A DNA stretch of 64,000 nt from Octopus sinensis (taxonomy: Eukaryota). The translations under genes were made by a program, and so were the position numbers. The notes under the pieces are model-generated. The model had not been told where the DNA came from, did no database searches, and was given only the letters and a program-made list of their open reading frames with translations. Where the stretch lies: assembly GCF_006345805.1 (NCBI RefSeq), contig NC_043008.1, positions 18,786,001 to 18,850,000 of the forward strand, given 5' to 3'. Of this stretch, positions 51,640-63,727 are shown piece by piece; the first letter of the stretch is position 1, and the number at the start of each line of letters is the position of its first letter.

Positions 51640-52000
51640 TTCACACTCACACACAAAAGAACAGTCTCTTATCTTCAACCTTGGCACATTTGCACCTCTG
51701 CCATGTATACAAGCCTTAATTTTCTCTGATTCTACTTTCCGCCCTCACCGATTAAGCATTCCTGTTGGGTTATTCTCTGGATATTTGTTTATATTATGCT
51801 ATAATAAGCTACTCCCTAGATTCTTAATGTTTTATGTTTTACTTATTTCAATTATTAAACTGCGGCCATGCTGTGGCACTGCCTTTGGTCTTATATCTAT
51901 TTATCACCTGAATGAACATATCTGCACCGTCGGATGCTCCTGAAACAGTCGTTAAGTATCCCACCCGTTAGGGATCGATTGGTCGAAACAATTGTAGCGA
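51640..52000 (+). pseudogene. possible Penelope-like element 3' remnant
   Basis: KEQSLIFNLGTFAP resembles the GIY-YIG C-terminal EQxLIFxLGTLxP motif; decayed CTGAAAC...GGTCGAAAC downstream. Confidence 0.4.
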
Positions 52001-52189
52001 TTACTAAAAATTCTCGTATCTTCCATCTTCCGTCTCTCGTTAACCGAATGTGTGTGTATGTATGTATTATATGTATGAATACATAAAAGTGTTAAAAATA
52101 AAGAATTATCCAAAATTCTAACTGCCTCCTTTTTCTTAATATACAATACCTGTTCATCATTTCAAACACACCACACTATATATTCTTTC

Positions 52190-52523
52190 AATCTTTTATT
52201 CTTTTACGTGTTTCAGTTATATAACTGCGGCCATGCTGGAGCACCGCCTTTAGTCGAACAAATCGACGCCAAGACTTATCCTTTGTACGACTAGTACTTA
52301 TTCTATCGGTTTCATTTGACGAACCGTTAAGTTATGGAGACTTAAACGCATTAACATCGGTTGCCAAGCTATGGTTTGGAGACAAACGCAGACGCACACA
52401 CAAATATATACATATATATGGGTGCGTGTGTGTGTATACGATGGGCTTCTTTCAGTTTCCGTCTACCAAATCTACTCATAAGACTTTGGTCGGCCAGAGG
52501 CGATAGTAGAAGACACTTGCCCA
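52190..52523 (-). mobile_element. SINE family B, head truncated
   Basis: Body and tail match the family. Confidence 0.8.
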
Positions 52524-52681
52524 ATATATATATATATGTGTGTGTGTATGTATATGTATATGTCTATGTATATATATACATATATAGAGAGAGAGATATA
52601 TATACCTACATATATACGTACATACATACATGCATACATTATATTGTGGTTGTTATTAATATTATTATGGTTATTATTATT

Positions 52682-52787
52682 GAGTGAGAGAGCAGTGCAT
52701 GTCATCAAAGTGACACTGGAGTAAAATATACGAACCCCAGTATACCCACCATGACTACTCGTCTGATAAGGTGCCACCAGGCACATG
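52682..52787 (-). mobile_element. truncated 555-bp element
   Basis: GAGTGAGAGAGCAG...GGCACATG. Confidence 0.85.
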
Positions 52788-52799
52788 ATTATTATTATT

Positions 52800-52915
52800 C
52801 AGTAGTTTTATTTTTATATCGTGCTTTCACTTCACTAATGAGCGCAGCTCTGTGTGCCTTGGGTACGTGCTGTGATTTGTTGTGATGCTCTGATGTTTAC
52901 TGTATTGAAAGTGTT
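52800..52915 (-). mobile_element. Dong/R4 LINE 3' UTR fragment
   Basis: CAGTAGTTTTATTTT...GCGCAGCTCTGTGTGCCTTGGG matches 29552. Confidence 0.9.
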
Positions 52916-52950
52916 TTATTATTATTATTATTATCATTATTATTATTATT

Positions 52951-53507
52951 GAGTGAGAGAGCAGTTCATGCCATCAAAGTGACACTGGGGTAAAATATAC
53001 GAAGCCCAATATACCCATCATGACTACCCGTCTGATAAGGGCACACCAGGCACATGCATCACAACCATATGTGTGCGACATGGTGATCTCATATCAAGAT
53101 AAACAGCACATGACCTTGCAGGGGGGGCCCAGTTAGAATTTTCTTCAGGTTGAGTAGCCCATCCCGCTCAAATGGTCCCTGAATAAGGGTTGTTTAAGGA
53201 TGTTGAAAGAACCACCCATGTTTCCAGAGGTGAATTATTCAAACCCCAAAGAATCCCTCTCAACACATGGCTATGATGCTCCCCCACTACTTCTGCTCGT
53301 GATCAGAGATGCACACATCGTCAGCCACTAAGGGACATGCTCAACTGGTTAAGCTCAAACAACTGACAAGCAAATCTGTGGTATTGAGCAGAATATTTGC
53401 TGTAGCCCATCTTTTATACCAAGACAAAACAATGTACATGATAACACTTCCAATCAGTTAAGATCAGAAGCCATGAGAGCCACTGCCTGGTACTGCATCA
53501 GGGCATT
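52951..53507 (-). mobile_element. 555-bp (TAA)n-associated element, full length
   Basis: Near-identical to 32032-32589. Confidence 0.9.
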
Positions 53508-53578
53508 CATTATTATTATTATTATCATTATTATTATTATCATTATTATTATTATTATCATTATTATTATTATTATCA

Positions 53579-53642
<64 letters not shown>

Positions 53643-53729
53643 CATTATTATTATTATCATTATTATCATTATTATTATTATTATTATTATTATCATTATT
53701 ATTATTATCATTATTATTATTACTACTAC

Positions 53730-53769
<40 letters not shown>
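53508..53769. repeat. (TTA/TCA)n tract
   Basis: Direct reading. Confidence 0.95.
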
Positions 53770-53771
<2 letters not shown>

Positions 53772-53777
53772 AGTGAC

Positions 53778-54100
53778 GGACATATGGCGTAGTGGTTAAG
53801 AGCACGGGCTACTAATCCCAAGATTCCGAGTTCGATTCCATGCAGTGACCTGAATAATGATGATGATGATGATAATAATGATAACAACAACAATAACAAT
53901 AATAACAACAACAACAATAATAATAATAATAATAACAACAACAATAATAACATCGAAAACTACCCTAGGAATGAGAATCCAGGTTCGAACCCCCCCCCCC
54001 AAGACAAAGACAAAGGCTGGAGCGTATATCAACGGAAACCTTGTGGCAACAACAAACAAGATGAGGACAAACATCCGTCAATTGCAAATAATGGAAATAA
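53778..54100 (+). mobile_element. tRNA-headed SINE family E with internal (AAT/AAC)n
   Basis: A-box TGGCGTAGTGG, B-box GAGTTCGATTCC. Confidence 0.7.
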
Positions 54101-54224
54101 TGTATATGTATGTATATATATATATATATAGTTTCTATGAATCTTTGTAAACACACAAAAACACAAACACGCACACACACACACGTGCACATGCATACGC
54201 ACACACAAACATGTATTTATATAA

Positions 54225-54273
<49 letters not shown>

Positions 54274-54349
54274 TGTATGTATGTGTATATACACATATAT
54301 ATCATATAATGTTTGTAAACCAACAAGAAAGGCTTTGCAAGCTACGGAG

Positions 54350-54350
54350 A

Positions 54351-54447
<97 letters not shown>

Positions 54448-54475
54448 GCTCTTGTTGTTGTTGTTGTTGTTGTAA
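54350..54475. repeat. (TAT)n followed by (TGT)n
   Basis: Direct reading. Confidence 0.95.
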
Positions 54476-56233
54476 AAACCACAAAACACCTTGTGAATAA
54501 CAGATACGCAGTGTAGCTACAATATATTACCCTCCTCCCACAGTAGTGACGCCATCTCCAATATTATTCATGATAGTTTTGCTATTTCTTTTCTTACGAC
54601 TTCATATATGTCAGATCTTTCCTATTTTCCACAGACAATTTTTTTTTATTTATTAATGGATTAGCAGCTAAAGTATTTCATTCGTGAGATATGTGTAATT
54701 GCTAATGGGCACAATTTCGGAATACCTATCTCAATTTCATGGAGAAAATTCAAATAAACCTTTATGGAAAATGGCATGGATTTGAAGGGTAAAAATGTGA
54801 AATGATTACATGTGTTCGCTACAGAATTGCTTGACAGAAGGAAAGAATCATTCAATTTCTATCTCTTTTCCTTCCCCTTGATGTAGTGATAGATATTCCG
54901 AAAGTTTGCTGATCAACCATTAAATCTCCCACACGAAAGTAAAGTTTATTTAGAAATCCAATCACTAAATAAAAAAGAAATAGCAATCGATAATAAGAAA
55001 GTCCCTTTTAATCCTTTTTTTAGTATTAGCCTCTATATTGTTTCTCTTTACACAAGTGTTCGAGTCGTTACTTTTCTCTCCTTACCCAAATCAGCTTAAT
55101 GTAATGTTATACAAAACTCTCTGCTGTAAACATTTCTACTTTTAATACAATCTTTAAAACATTGCACACTGGACTTATGGCACCATTAATGAGAGAAAGT
55201 CATGTTCATTCTATTAATGAAATTTTTGCGCAGGGAAACAGCTGTAAAGAAAAGAGAAAACTGTTGCCACCGCTGATTTCATTCTGCGGTCATCATTCCT
55301 TTATATATATTTATTCGCAGCAGTAACATCTTAAAAATTTTCCCTTTTATTGCATACAGTCTGTAATATATTCCTTCTCTTCTTAGTGTAGTCACAATTA
55401 GGATCAGACATTCTATCATCCAGATTTGAATTTCTCTTTCATATGATATATATATAATAGTTTGTAAAGTTAGAGAAGTTATAAAATAAAAATATGATAT
55501 ATCTATTACATCAAACCAAGCAGCTGCAGCTGTAGACATTGAAATAGAACATATTTTAATGCCGACGTAAATAGTATCTTAGACATAGCTTCTAGCTGAC
55601 AACTTAGTCTAGCTTAGTGAAATCAGGAGAATTTTAGCGCTTGGATATTTAACACTTTCAATGAAGTGTATGGGGGAAAAGTCTTAAAATATATTACGTA
55701 GCCATACAGACATTGCGTTCCCTAATTATTTAAATTATTTAATTATGTACAAAAATGCGCAATTTTATTACTTTAAATTAATTTCATGTTTCAAACTCAT
55801 TGTTTCTCGTTAAGAGAGTCGTTAGCCTTACGAAATAACGTTTTCCTATGGTTTTAATAAAATCTGATAATGTAATTTTCTGTAAATATCGACGCTTGGT
55901 CATTTGACATTTTAGATGTTACGATCATTGGCGAAAAAAGTTATTCTGCCTTTCTATTAGCCTCCTTTCACACATTTCTCAGTTATTTCATGACATTCCT
56001 TATTCGATATAACCGTATCTGCATAAATTGTGTTACGTACGTATGGACCGCTGGAATTTACATATCTATCAAGATTCAAATGATAAACAGTTTTACTCCC
56101 TACATTTATTCACAATCATGGAGAAAACAAGTTAATTAATTCTATATAAATATGCATATTCTAGCTTCCGCCGAGATAAATTTGGAGCTAAAAGAGCAAG
56201 AAAGGTAATTGTGCCTGGCTGCTTATATATTCT

Positions 56234-56533
56234 ATTTCGTTGTCCGGAAAGTTCCTGCCGACTTTTAAAGGAAAGAAAAAGGTCAATAAATACTTGCCAT
56301 TACAGTTTTAATCAACCAAATATGAACCATTTTGTTGCACAATGCGTTTCTATCCTTCCTTTAACTTGAAAATACCCTCTTCCCAGAATTGAGGTGGTTT
56401 CATGGCAAAGAATTCATCAGGGTATCTTTTACGTCATCCAAGGATTTGAAATGTTTACCATAAAAACTATTCTACAGAGACCTGAATAAGTGGAAATCCC
56501 AAGGAGCAATATCTGGTGAATATGGAGGGTGGG
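56234..56533 (-). pseudogene. mariner 3' end, same family as 60886
   Basis: TIR GTTGTCCGGAAAGTTCCTGCCGA; rc encodes PPYSPDIAPWDFHLFRSL...IVQQNGSYLVD*. Confidence 0.85.
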
Positions 56534-56741
56534 AATGAAAAGTTCTTAGGTTTGGGTAAAAGAAAATACAGAAGGACCAGTTACTTTTAATTTTATTCAA
56601 CATATTCCCTTCTCAAATTCACACACTGATTGCACTGGTCCTTCAGTTTTTCTAGACCCTGTAAAAGAACTCGAAATGTTGGGCCTCCAACCAGGCCTTT
56701 CTCGAAACCCTTAAAACAAGAAAGTTTTCAAGATCCTCTCG
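56522..56741 (-). mobile_element. mariner-derived MITE (family of 15646 and 20878)
   Basis: TGAAAAGTTCTTAGG ... AAAGTTTTCAAGATCCTCTCG|TA. Confidence 0.75.
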
Positions 56742-56803
56742 TATCTGTTAGTATTAATAGTAGAATTATTATTATCATTATTGTTTTTATTATTATTATT
56801 ATT

Positions 56804-56945
56804 GAGTGAGAGAGTAGCGCACGTCATAAAAAGTGACACTGGGGTACATATATATGAAGCTCAATAAACCCATAATGGCTACATGTTTGATAAGGGTCCA
56901 TCAGGCACATGCCATAGAACCAAATGTGCATGACATGTTGATCTA
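56804..56945 (-). mobile_element. old truncated 555-bp element
   Basis: (TAT)n then GAGTGAGAGAG...AAAGTGACACTGGGG. Confidence 0.75.
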
Positions 56946-58099
56946 GTGTTGAAGTGTTCAATCCAAAGGAAGATGTTTCTAAATTAAACCAGGTTATATA
57001 AATTTGTATAAGCTCTGCATATATTTACTACAATAATAAAATCTTCATAAACATAGTTATGGTTAAACAGATGTAGGAAATAAATATATCTCCATACAAC
57101 ACAATAACATTGGAATAATGTAATATACAGACTAGAATGTGAAAGCTGTCTTGTTTTCATGTTATAGATTCAATGCTTAGATTTAGTTAAACGTCATGAG
57201 ATTATGCGCCACAAGGCGATGTGAATTCTTCAAGAAGAATCATAATCTGCGAAAGAAAAAGAGCCGTGCTGAAAACATCATAATCATGTATTTTTACAAT
57301 ACTAGGATATATTCCATTTATCAAAAGTTCTAAAATGCTTGATTTTCGCCTCTTTAGATACCTTACATTCGACCTTTTTCTTTATGGATTATAAAACATT
57401 GACATAAACCCAGACATTTTAAGGCAAATTCCAGAATGTTAAAACAACCCTAGATCTCGATTAGAATTTATCTTAGCGATTTGAGACCAGAACATAAAAG
57501 CATACAACTAAATGTTCCAACGCATTTGATTGGACTCAACCAAATTTGTTATCTACTCTTGTCAGACAACAACTAAATGTTAATGTATTTCTGAATATTT
57601 TTGTATCTTTATCTTTCTGTTACGATCCTCCCTGCTAGAACTTGCCATTTTATAAAGAGCATTATTGTGGCATAATTGTATCTAATTTTATAGCTTTTTT
57701 CCGTCTAGGACTCAGCCTCCAGCAGTGATAATTACATACAAATAGAGATAAGAATATTGAAAAGACAGACGAAAACATAGACTAAGTAAGTTTTTCTCGA
57801 GATAAAAATTATCCGTGTTTTGACAGAGGATATACGTCTACGAAAGTAGATTAAAGAGAACACTGAATAAAAAAAATCTTGAATTACATAAAAAAGACGT
57901 TTTAACAGAAAATATTTACATGGCTTGACAAATGTCTTTGCTTACAGTGCCAGGTAGATGACCCAAACTTGCATGGAAAGAATAAACGGGAGAATTAATG
58001 GAGATCTATTGAAATTGTTGGAATAAGTTGCAATATTGATGTATAAATTAATCTCCACATGCTTAAGAATATTGATTTCTGAAATTACCATACGGACAC

Positions 58100-58256
58100 A
58101 CATATTGGAGGGTGGAAACAATCTACTAAATTTCCCCGATGTTTGACTGGTTCTTATTTTATCGAATCTTGATTGGATAAAAGTCAAAGTTGACTTGAGC
58201 ATGATTTGAACTCTAAACGTAAATGAACATAACGAAATACCTTAATGTGTTTCATC
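58100..58256 (-). mobile_element. old SINE family A-like copy (insertion target)
   Basis: ACTGGTTCTTATTTTATCGA, ATTTGAACTCTAAACGTAA, ACGAAATACC. Confidence 0.55.
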
Positions 58257-58275
58257 AGAGGCTCTACTTGTTCTT

Positions 58276-58689
58276 ATTTCTTTATTGCCGACAAGGAGCT
58301 AAACATAGAGGGGACAAACAAGGACAGACAAAGGGATTAAGACGATTACATCGACCCCAGTACGTAACTGGTACTTAATTTATCGACCCCGAAAGGATGA
58401 AAGGCAAAGTCGACCTCGGCAGAATTTGAACTCAGAACGTAACGGCAGACGAAATACCTATTTCTTTATTACCCAAAAGGGGTCAAATATAGAGGGGAAA
58501 TGGACAGACAAACGGATTAAGTCGATTACATCGACCCCAGTGCGTAACTGGTACTTAATTTATCGACTCAGATAGGATGAAAGGCAAAGTCGACCTCGGC
58601 GGAATTTGAACTCAGAACATAACGGCTGACGAAATACCGCTAAGTATTTCGCCCGGCGTGCTAACGTTTCTGCCAGCTCGCCGCCTTCA
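58276..58689 (-). mobile_element. SINE family A dimer with 19-bp TSD
   Basis: AGAGGCTCTACTTGTTCTT (58257-58275) / AGAGGCTCCACTGGTTCTT (58690-58708). Confidence 0.92.
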
Positions 58690-60119
58690 AGAGGCTCCAC
58701 TGGTTCTTCCAATATACCAGCCTACATGTATGCGATTACAGCAATCACTGCAATCACTGTTATACTAACTACTTTACAGAATTTTGAATTTAAGCAGCTA
58801 AAATACACCCAATAAACAGTACACTAGACTACACATGTGTTGCGACGGACGTTTCTACGCCAGTTCTTCTGTGATGCATTACACAAACCATTCTATTTTA
58901 GTTCCGTGAATACTCAATAAAAACACAACACAAGGATACAAGTACCCAAATACGAACGTTTACACACAAATACAGAGCTAAATATACACAATTACAAATG
59001 TTTATTCCTACATTTATGTTTGTATGTTCATGTTATTGAAACGTAAACCAGAGACACTGCAATAGTACAGAACTTGGAAAGAATTTTTCAAGTGTAGATT
59101 ACTACCCCTAGAGTTTTTGTTTCAACATCTATTAGTGTCACAGAAATTTCCATTCCGCCAGTTGAGAATTTCAAAATGGGAGAATCTTTCCTAAATCTCC
59201 GTACAAAATACATTTTTAATATTTCTGCGAAAATATATTCAAATAGAAAAAGAAGAAAAGTTATTTTCTTTCATTGGTTGTTGATATTTATTTGCATCAA
59301 CTCAGCAAAAATATAGATTTAAAGATAAAAGTTAGGCTTGCATCCTCCCCACCTTAATTCATGAATCACCGCCACCATTACGGTTTTAAAAGGAGAAGAA
59401 ACTCTATGCGTTTTTTTTTTTTTACTTTTGTTTGTTTGCTTTTTTTTTGTTTCACTGTTCATACTATTAGTGGAAATTCTTCAAAACAAACAGGAAGAAA
59501 TTTTATATTTCAAAAGGATTTACCAAAATTCATAAATATTAGACAGATTCTTCGAACTAAAATCAATCGATGACGTTAGCTGACATTGCGATATTGATTT
59601 GTTTCAAAGTGACAAATATTGGTACAGCTGCTATGTGGAAAAATGAGATTACATGTCATTCATGCCTTCCTAAAGTATATGAATGCCGTTAGATAAAAGA
59701 TACACATACAACGAGAAGTCTAAAAATACTCGCTCGTAGCTTACGTCCCTTAAGTATATTACTGCGGCTAAACAAAAATATGCAGTAATTCTTCGTTTAT
59801 CACAGGTGTTACGTTCCAAAACGCCCTACGATTGGTGAAAATCCGCGAAGTAGAAACCATCGACGTAATCTTAAATAACAAACCGTGATAGGTGAACCGC
59901 TATAGCGCAGTTCACCTATCACCTATTTAAAGCCTAGAACTGTCTTCTTCTTTAAGATGGAGACTGTGTGGCGCGAATGATATAGAAATCCGATGTTTAT
60001 CCTAAACCTCAAAACTTCCCTCTCACCATAGTATTATTCCTATTGTGAACTTCCCAGACTCAAGTAGAAAATCGGTTAATTGGTAAATTTTCTACTATTT
60101 CTTTTGCTTTGGTTTTATT

Positions 60120-60330
60120 TTCTGCCACTCGGTTCAGTCATTAGACCGTGGTCATCCTGGGGTACATACTGCCGTGAATGGTTTTGTCGAACAAATCGAC
60201 ACCAGTACTCAATTTTTTTTAGCTTGGTATTTATTTTATCCGACATTTTTTCCGAGCTGCTAGTTCACGAGAACGTAAGCAAATCTCCACTGATTGTCAA
60301 ACCATTGTAGACAACAAACACAACTCAAGC
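60120..60330 (-). mobile_element. SINE family B, 3' half, diverged
   Basis: GTTCAGTCATTAGAC...GTCGAACAAATCGAC. Confidence 0.6.
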
Positions 60331-60885
60331 GTTATGCGCTGTTGTATGTACCTTGTATTTCATTCAGGCATGTTGGTAACAAATCGAGATTCTTGGTAGA
60401 ACTGACATAATCCATTATAGATCGAATGCAGTTTGCGTAGTTTTATCGTTGTTTGTATCTGCTAGACAAATACGCTATGTGTGAGCGCACCAAACACGTT
60501 GGTGGTCGATATTATTCTCTTCATTCCTTCTATGTTTATTATGAAAGCTGCGGATGGATACATGTCTTTCGAATGTGTATACGTGTCACATGAATATCAT
60601 TGGATGTGATTGCTGTCTATGTTTGACATTCTCTGTGGTTGCTAGTGAGAAGAAAATCATTGCGTTTGACCTTTTTGTCTGGGAACCAGTTTTCCAGTTG
60701 GTTAATACAAGCTTGGGATCGTTGTGCAGCTACGATCGGAAATAGTGCGGTTTCAACAGAGTAAAAGACTGTAAATGCTATGATGATGGATTGGAAGTTC
60801 GTTTGAGTCTAGTTTTATATCCTGCCACAAGTTGGTATAGATAAATTATGCAGCGGTGGTTTAATCAATGTGTTCACACGATGTA

Positions 60886-61448
60886 TTGGGTTGTCCGGAA
60901 AGTTCGTGCCGATTTATAGTAGCTTACATTTCGACTTATTTTAGAACATAGTTGAATCCATGAAATAGGATTTTACTACACCTCCATTTAGAGCACAGTT
61001 TGAGCTATCTTTTCGTGGAATAAGGTTTATGTTCCAATAATCTGTGTTAACTCTGTAACCCTTTAAAATGGAAGATAAGAAAGTTCATTTCGGCACCTGA
61101 TGCTTTGGAAACCAGACAAAAATTCCTACAGCTCGCCTGGGATGTGTTACCCCACCCTCCATATTCACCACATAATGCTCCTTCGGATTTCCACTTATTC
61201 AGGTTTCTGCAGAATACTCTTAATGGTAAAAATTTCAGTTCCTTGGATCACGTAAAAAGATACCTTGATGAAATTTTTGCCATGAAATCACCTCAATTCA
61301 GGGAGGAGGATATTTTCAAGTTAAAGGAAACATGGAGACGCATTGTGCAACAAAATGGTTCATATTTGGTTGATTAAAATGTAATGGAAAGTATTTATTG
61401 ACCTTTTTCTTTCCTTTAAAATCGGCATGAACTTTCTGGACAGCCCAA
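60886..61448 (+). mobile_element. internally deleted mariner (563 bp)
   Basis: TIRs TTGGGTTGTCCGGAAAGTTCGTGCCGATTT / rc TTGGGCTGTCCAGAAAGTTCATGCCGATTT; TA flanks; MEDKKVH.. joined to ..WDVLPHPPYSPHNAPSDFHLF..QQNGSYLVD*. Confidence 0.92.
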
Positions 61449-61479
61449 TACTTCGTTAGGCTACCAAAACTCTCTATTT

Positions 61480-61672
<193 letters not shown>

Positions 61673-62445
61673 ACTACCGACTACAACTCTTTATAAGAGT
61701 TCGGATAGTCCGTACTTCCAATCCGTCAGGGGTTTCGATGACTCTCGCCACAACATATAAATGAAACGATTGACTGAGCGAATATTAATTGTGGTAGTCC
61801 ATTAGGGAAATTTCAAGTTCTGGAAATGTTTTTAGTATTCTGCATACGCTAGACAGCTCGATAGATAATATAATTAGGAGTGTTATTCTTTGTTTAGGAA
61901 GTGTTGTATTATGTGCATTTGAAATGGAATCGAGTCGAAAGACTTATTGATATCGATGGTGGTTAAAATATTTCATGCTGGGTGATTAGTTATTGAAGCC
62001 CACACGTAGCCTTACTAAGATATTTATAGGTATGTATAAGAGTCTGTAACAGCAAGCTTAAGAGTTCGTTTAACTTTAGACTGCGATTTTTTCCTATCCA
62101 GCTTTCATATTCTACGAATCTGACAGTCTTTTTGACGAACATTTGTAGATGCTGGAGATTGCTAGTATTCTTTCTTAACAGTCTTAAGTGTGTCTCTTAC
62201 ATTGCCTAGCATGAAAATATTTGAAATTTTTGATATTCCTATTGCTTTTCAGATAGTGATCGATGGAAGAGATCAGAATCACGGTATAAATGGAAAGTAC
62301 TTTCGTTTTGCTTTACCGAGGATTTTCGTCGCTAATTTTCACAGAATATATGGCAAGGGCGTTAGCTAGCTTCGATTCAGGATTTGGAGTGTATTATTTG
62401 AGATTACGATTGCAAGGTATCTATTATGGTTCTTGGTTCTTTGAA

Positions 62446-62675
62446 GGCGGCGAGCTGGCCGAAACGTTAGCACGCCGGGCGAAATGCGTAGCCGTATTTC
62501 GTCTGTCGTTAAGTTCCGAGATCAAATTCCGCCGAGGACAACTTTGCTTTCATCCTTTCGGGGTCGATAAATTAAGTACCAGTTACGCACTGGGGTCGAT
62601 GTAATCGACTTAATCCTTTTGTCTGACCTTGTTTGTCCCCTCTGTAAATAGCCCTTTGTGGGTAGTAAAGAAATA
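62446..62675 (+). mobile_element. SINE family A monomer
   Basis: Near consensus. Confidence 0.9.
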
Positions 62676-62913
62676 TATTATTGCTAACTACACTATGTAA
62701 AGTTTACTTTGTTTTGTCGCTAAAGTTGCATAAAAATGCATACCTGTTTTTCTGTGGTTTAATCTCTTGTTTAGTCGTGTGCTGTTTAGTTCTGTTTCTA
62801 AAATATATAATGTTGATCTCGGGAATATTTGTGAATGGCTGTGATTTTTATCAGGTTGATTATTTATGAAATGCAACTGGGATGTATCTTTTTGTGCGTC
62901 TTAGATTGTTAAT

Positions 62914-63055
62914 TGTGGTGTGGACGCCCCCAGACGATGAAGTAGGCTAGCCCAATACGTAGATATAGAGGGAGAAGCCTAGACGTCAAAAGAACAGAGT
63001 AGTGAAGAGTAGAGGAGAGTTGAGTAATAAAGGCATCCGAACGTGCGACACAACA
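62914..63055 (+). mobile_element. candidate short solo LTR (142 bp)
   Basis: TGTGGTGT...ACACAACA termini, AATAAA near the end, 5-bp flanks TTAAT / TTCAT. Confidence 0.4.
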
Positions 63056-63239
63056 TTCATATAAATTAAGAATACGATTGTAGGTGCATTTATTTTGCTT
63101 CCTGCATATACATTACATAATTAATGACGGTGTTGGGGGTTCATATCTGAAAAACCTTGATAAAGATTATTGACAGAAGTTGTATAACTGAGCGCTTTGG
63201 AAATCTGTAAAGTGATTTTTCATTCTTTATTGTCGTATT

Positions 63240-63460
63240 CTTTCATTCTTTTACTTGTTTCAGTCATTTAACTGTGGCCATGCTGGAAAACCACCTTTAG
63301 TCGAACAAATCGACCCAAGAACTTATTTTTTTGCAAGGATAGTTCTTATTCTATCAGGAAGTTTTGCAGAACCCCTAACTTACGGGTACATAACACATCA
63401 ACATCGGTTGTCAAGCGATGATGGGGCAACAAACACAAACACAAACACACACACACATAT
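63240..63460 (-). mobile_element. SINE family B, 3' half
   Basis: TTACTTGTTTCAGTCATT...CATCGGTTGTCAAGCGATG. Confidence 0.8.
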
Positions 63461-63462
63461 AT

Positions 63463-63522
<60 letters not shown>

Positions 63523-63525
<3 letters not shown>

Positions 63526-63691
63526 GGAGTTTACGAAAGAAAACAAAAGACGAAGACAGGTGGTGTAAAAAACAAACAGATGTATTAGTATAACGCTCAG
63601 GAATAGAAAAAGTCTTTTACGTTTCGAGCCTACGCTCTTCTACAGAAAGGGACACAGAAAAAACAAGGAGAGAAAAAAATGTGCGTAGTCG

Positions 63692-63692
<1 letters not shown>
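63523..63692 (-). mobile_element. second family of (TA)n-embedded hammerhead-core element
   Basis: rc CTTT-CTGTAGA-A-GAGC-GTAG-GCTC-GAAA-CGT-A-AAAG, then TTCCTGAGCGT shared with the 26527 family. Confidence 0.7.
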
Positions 63693-63727
<35 letters not shown>

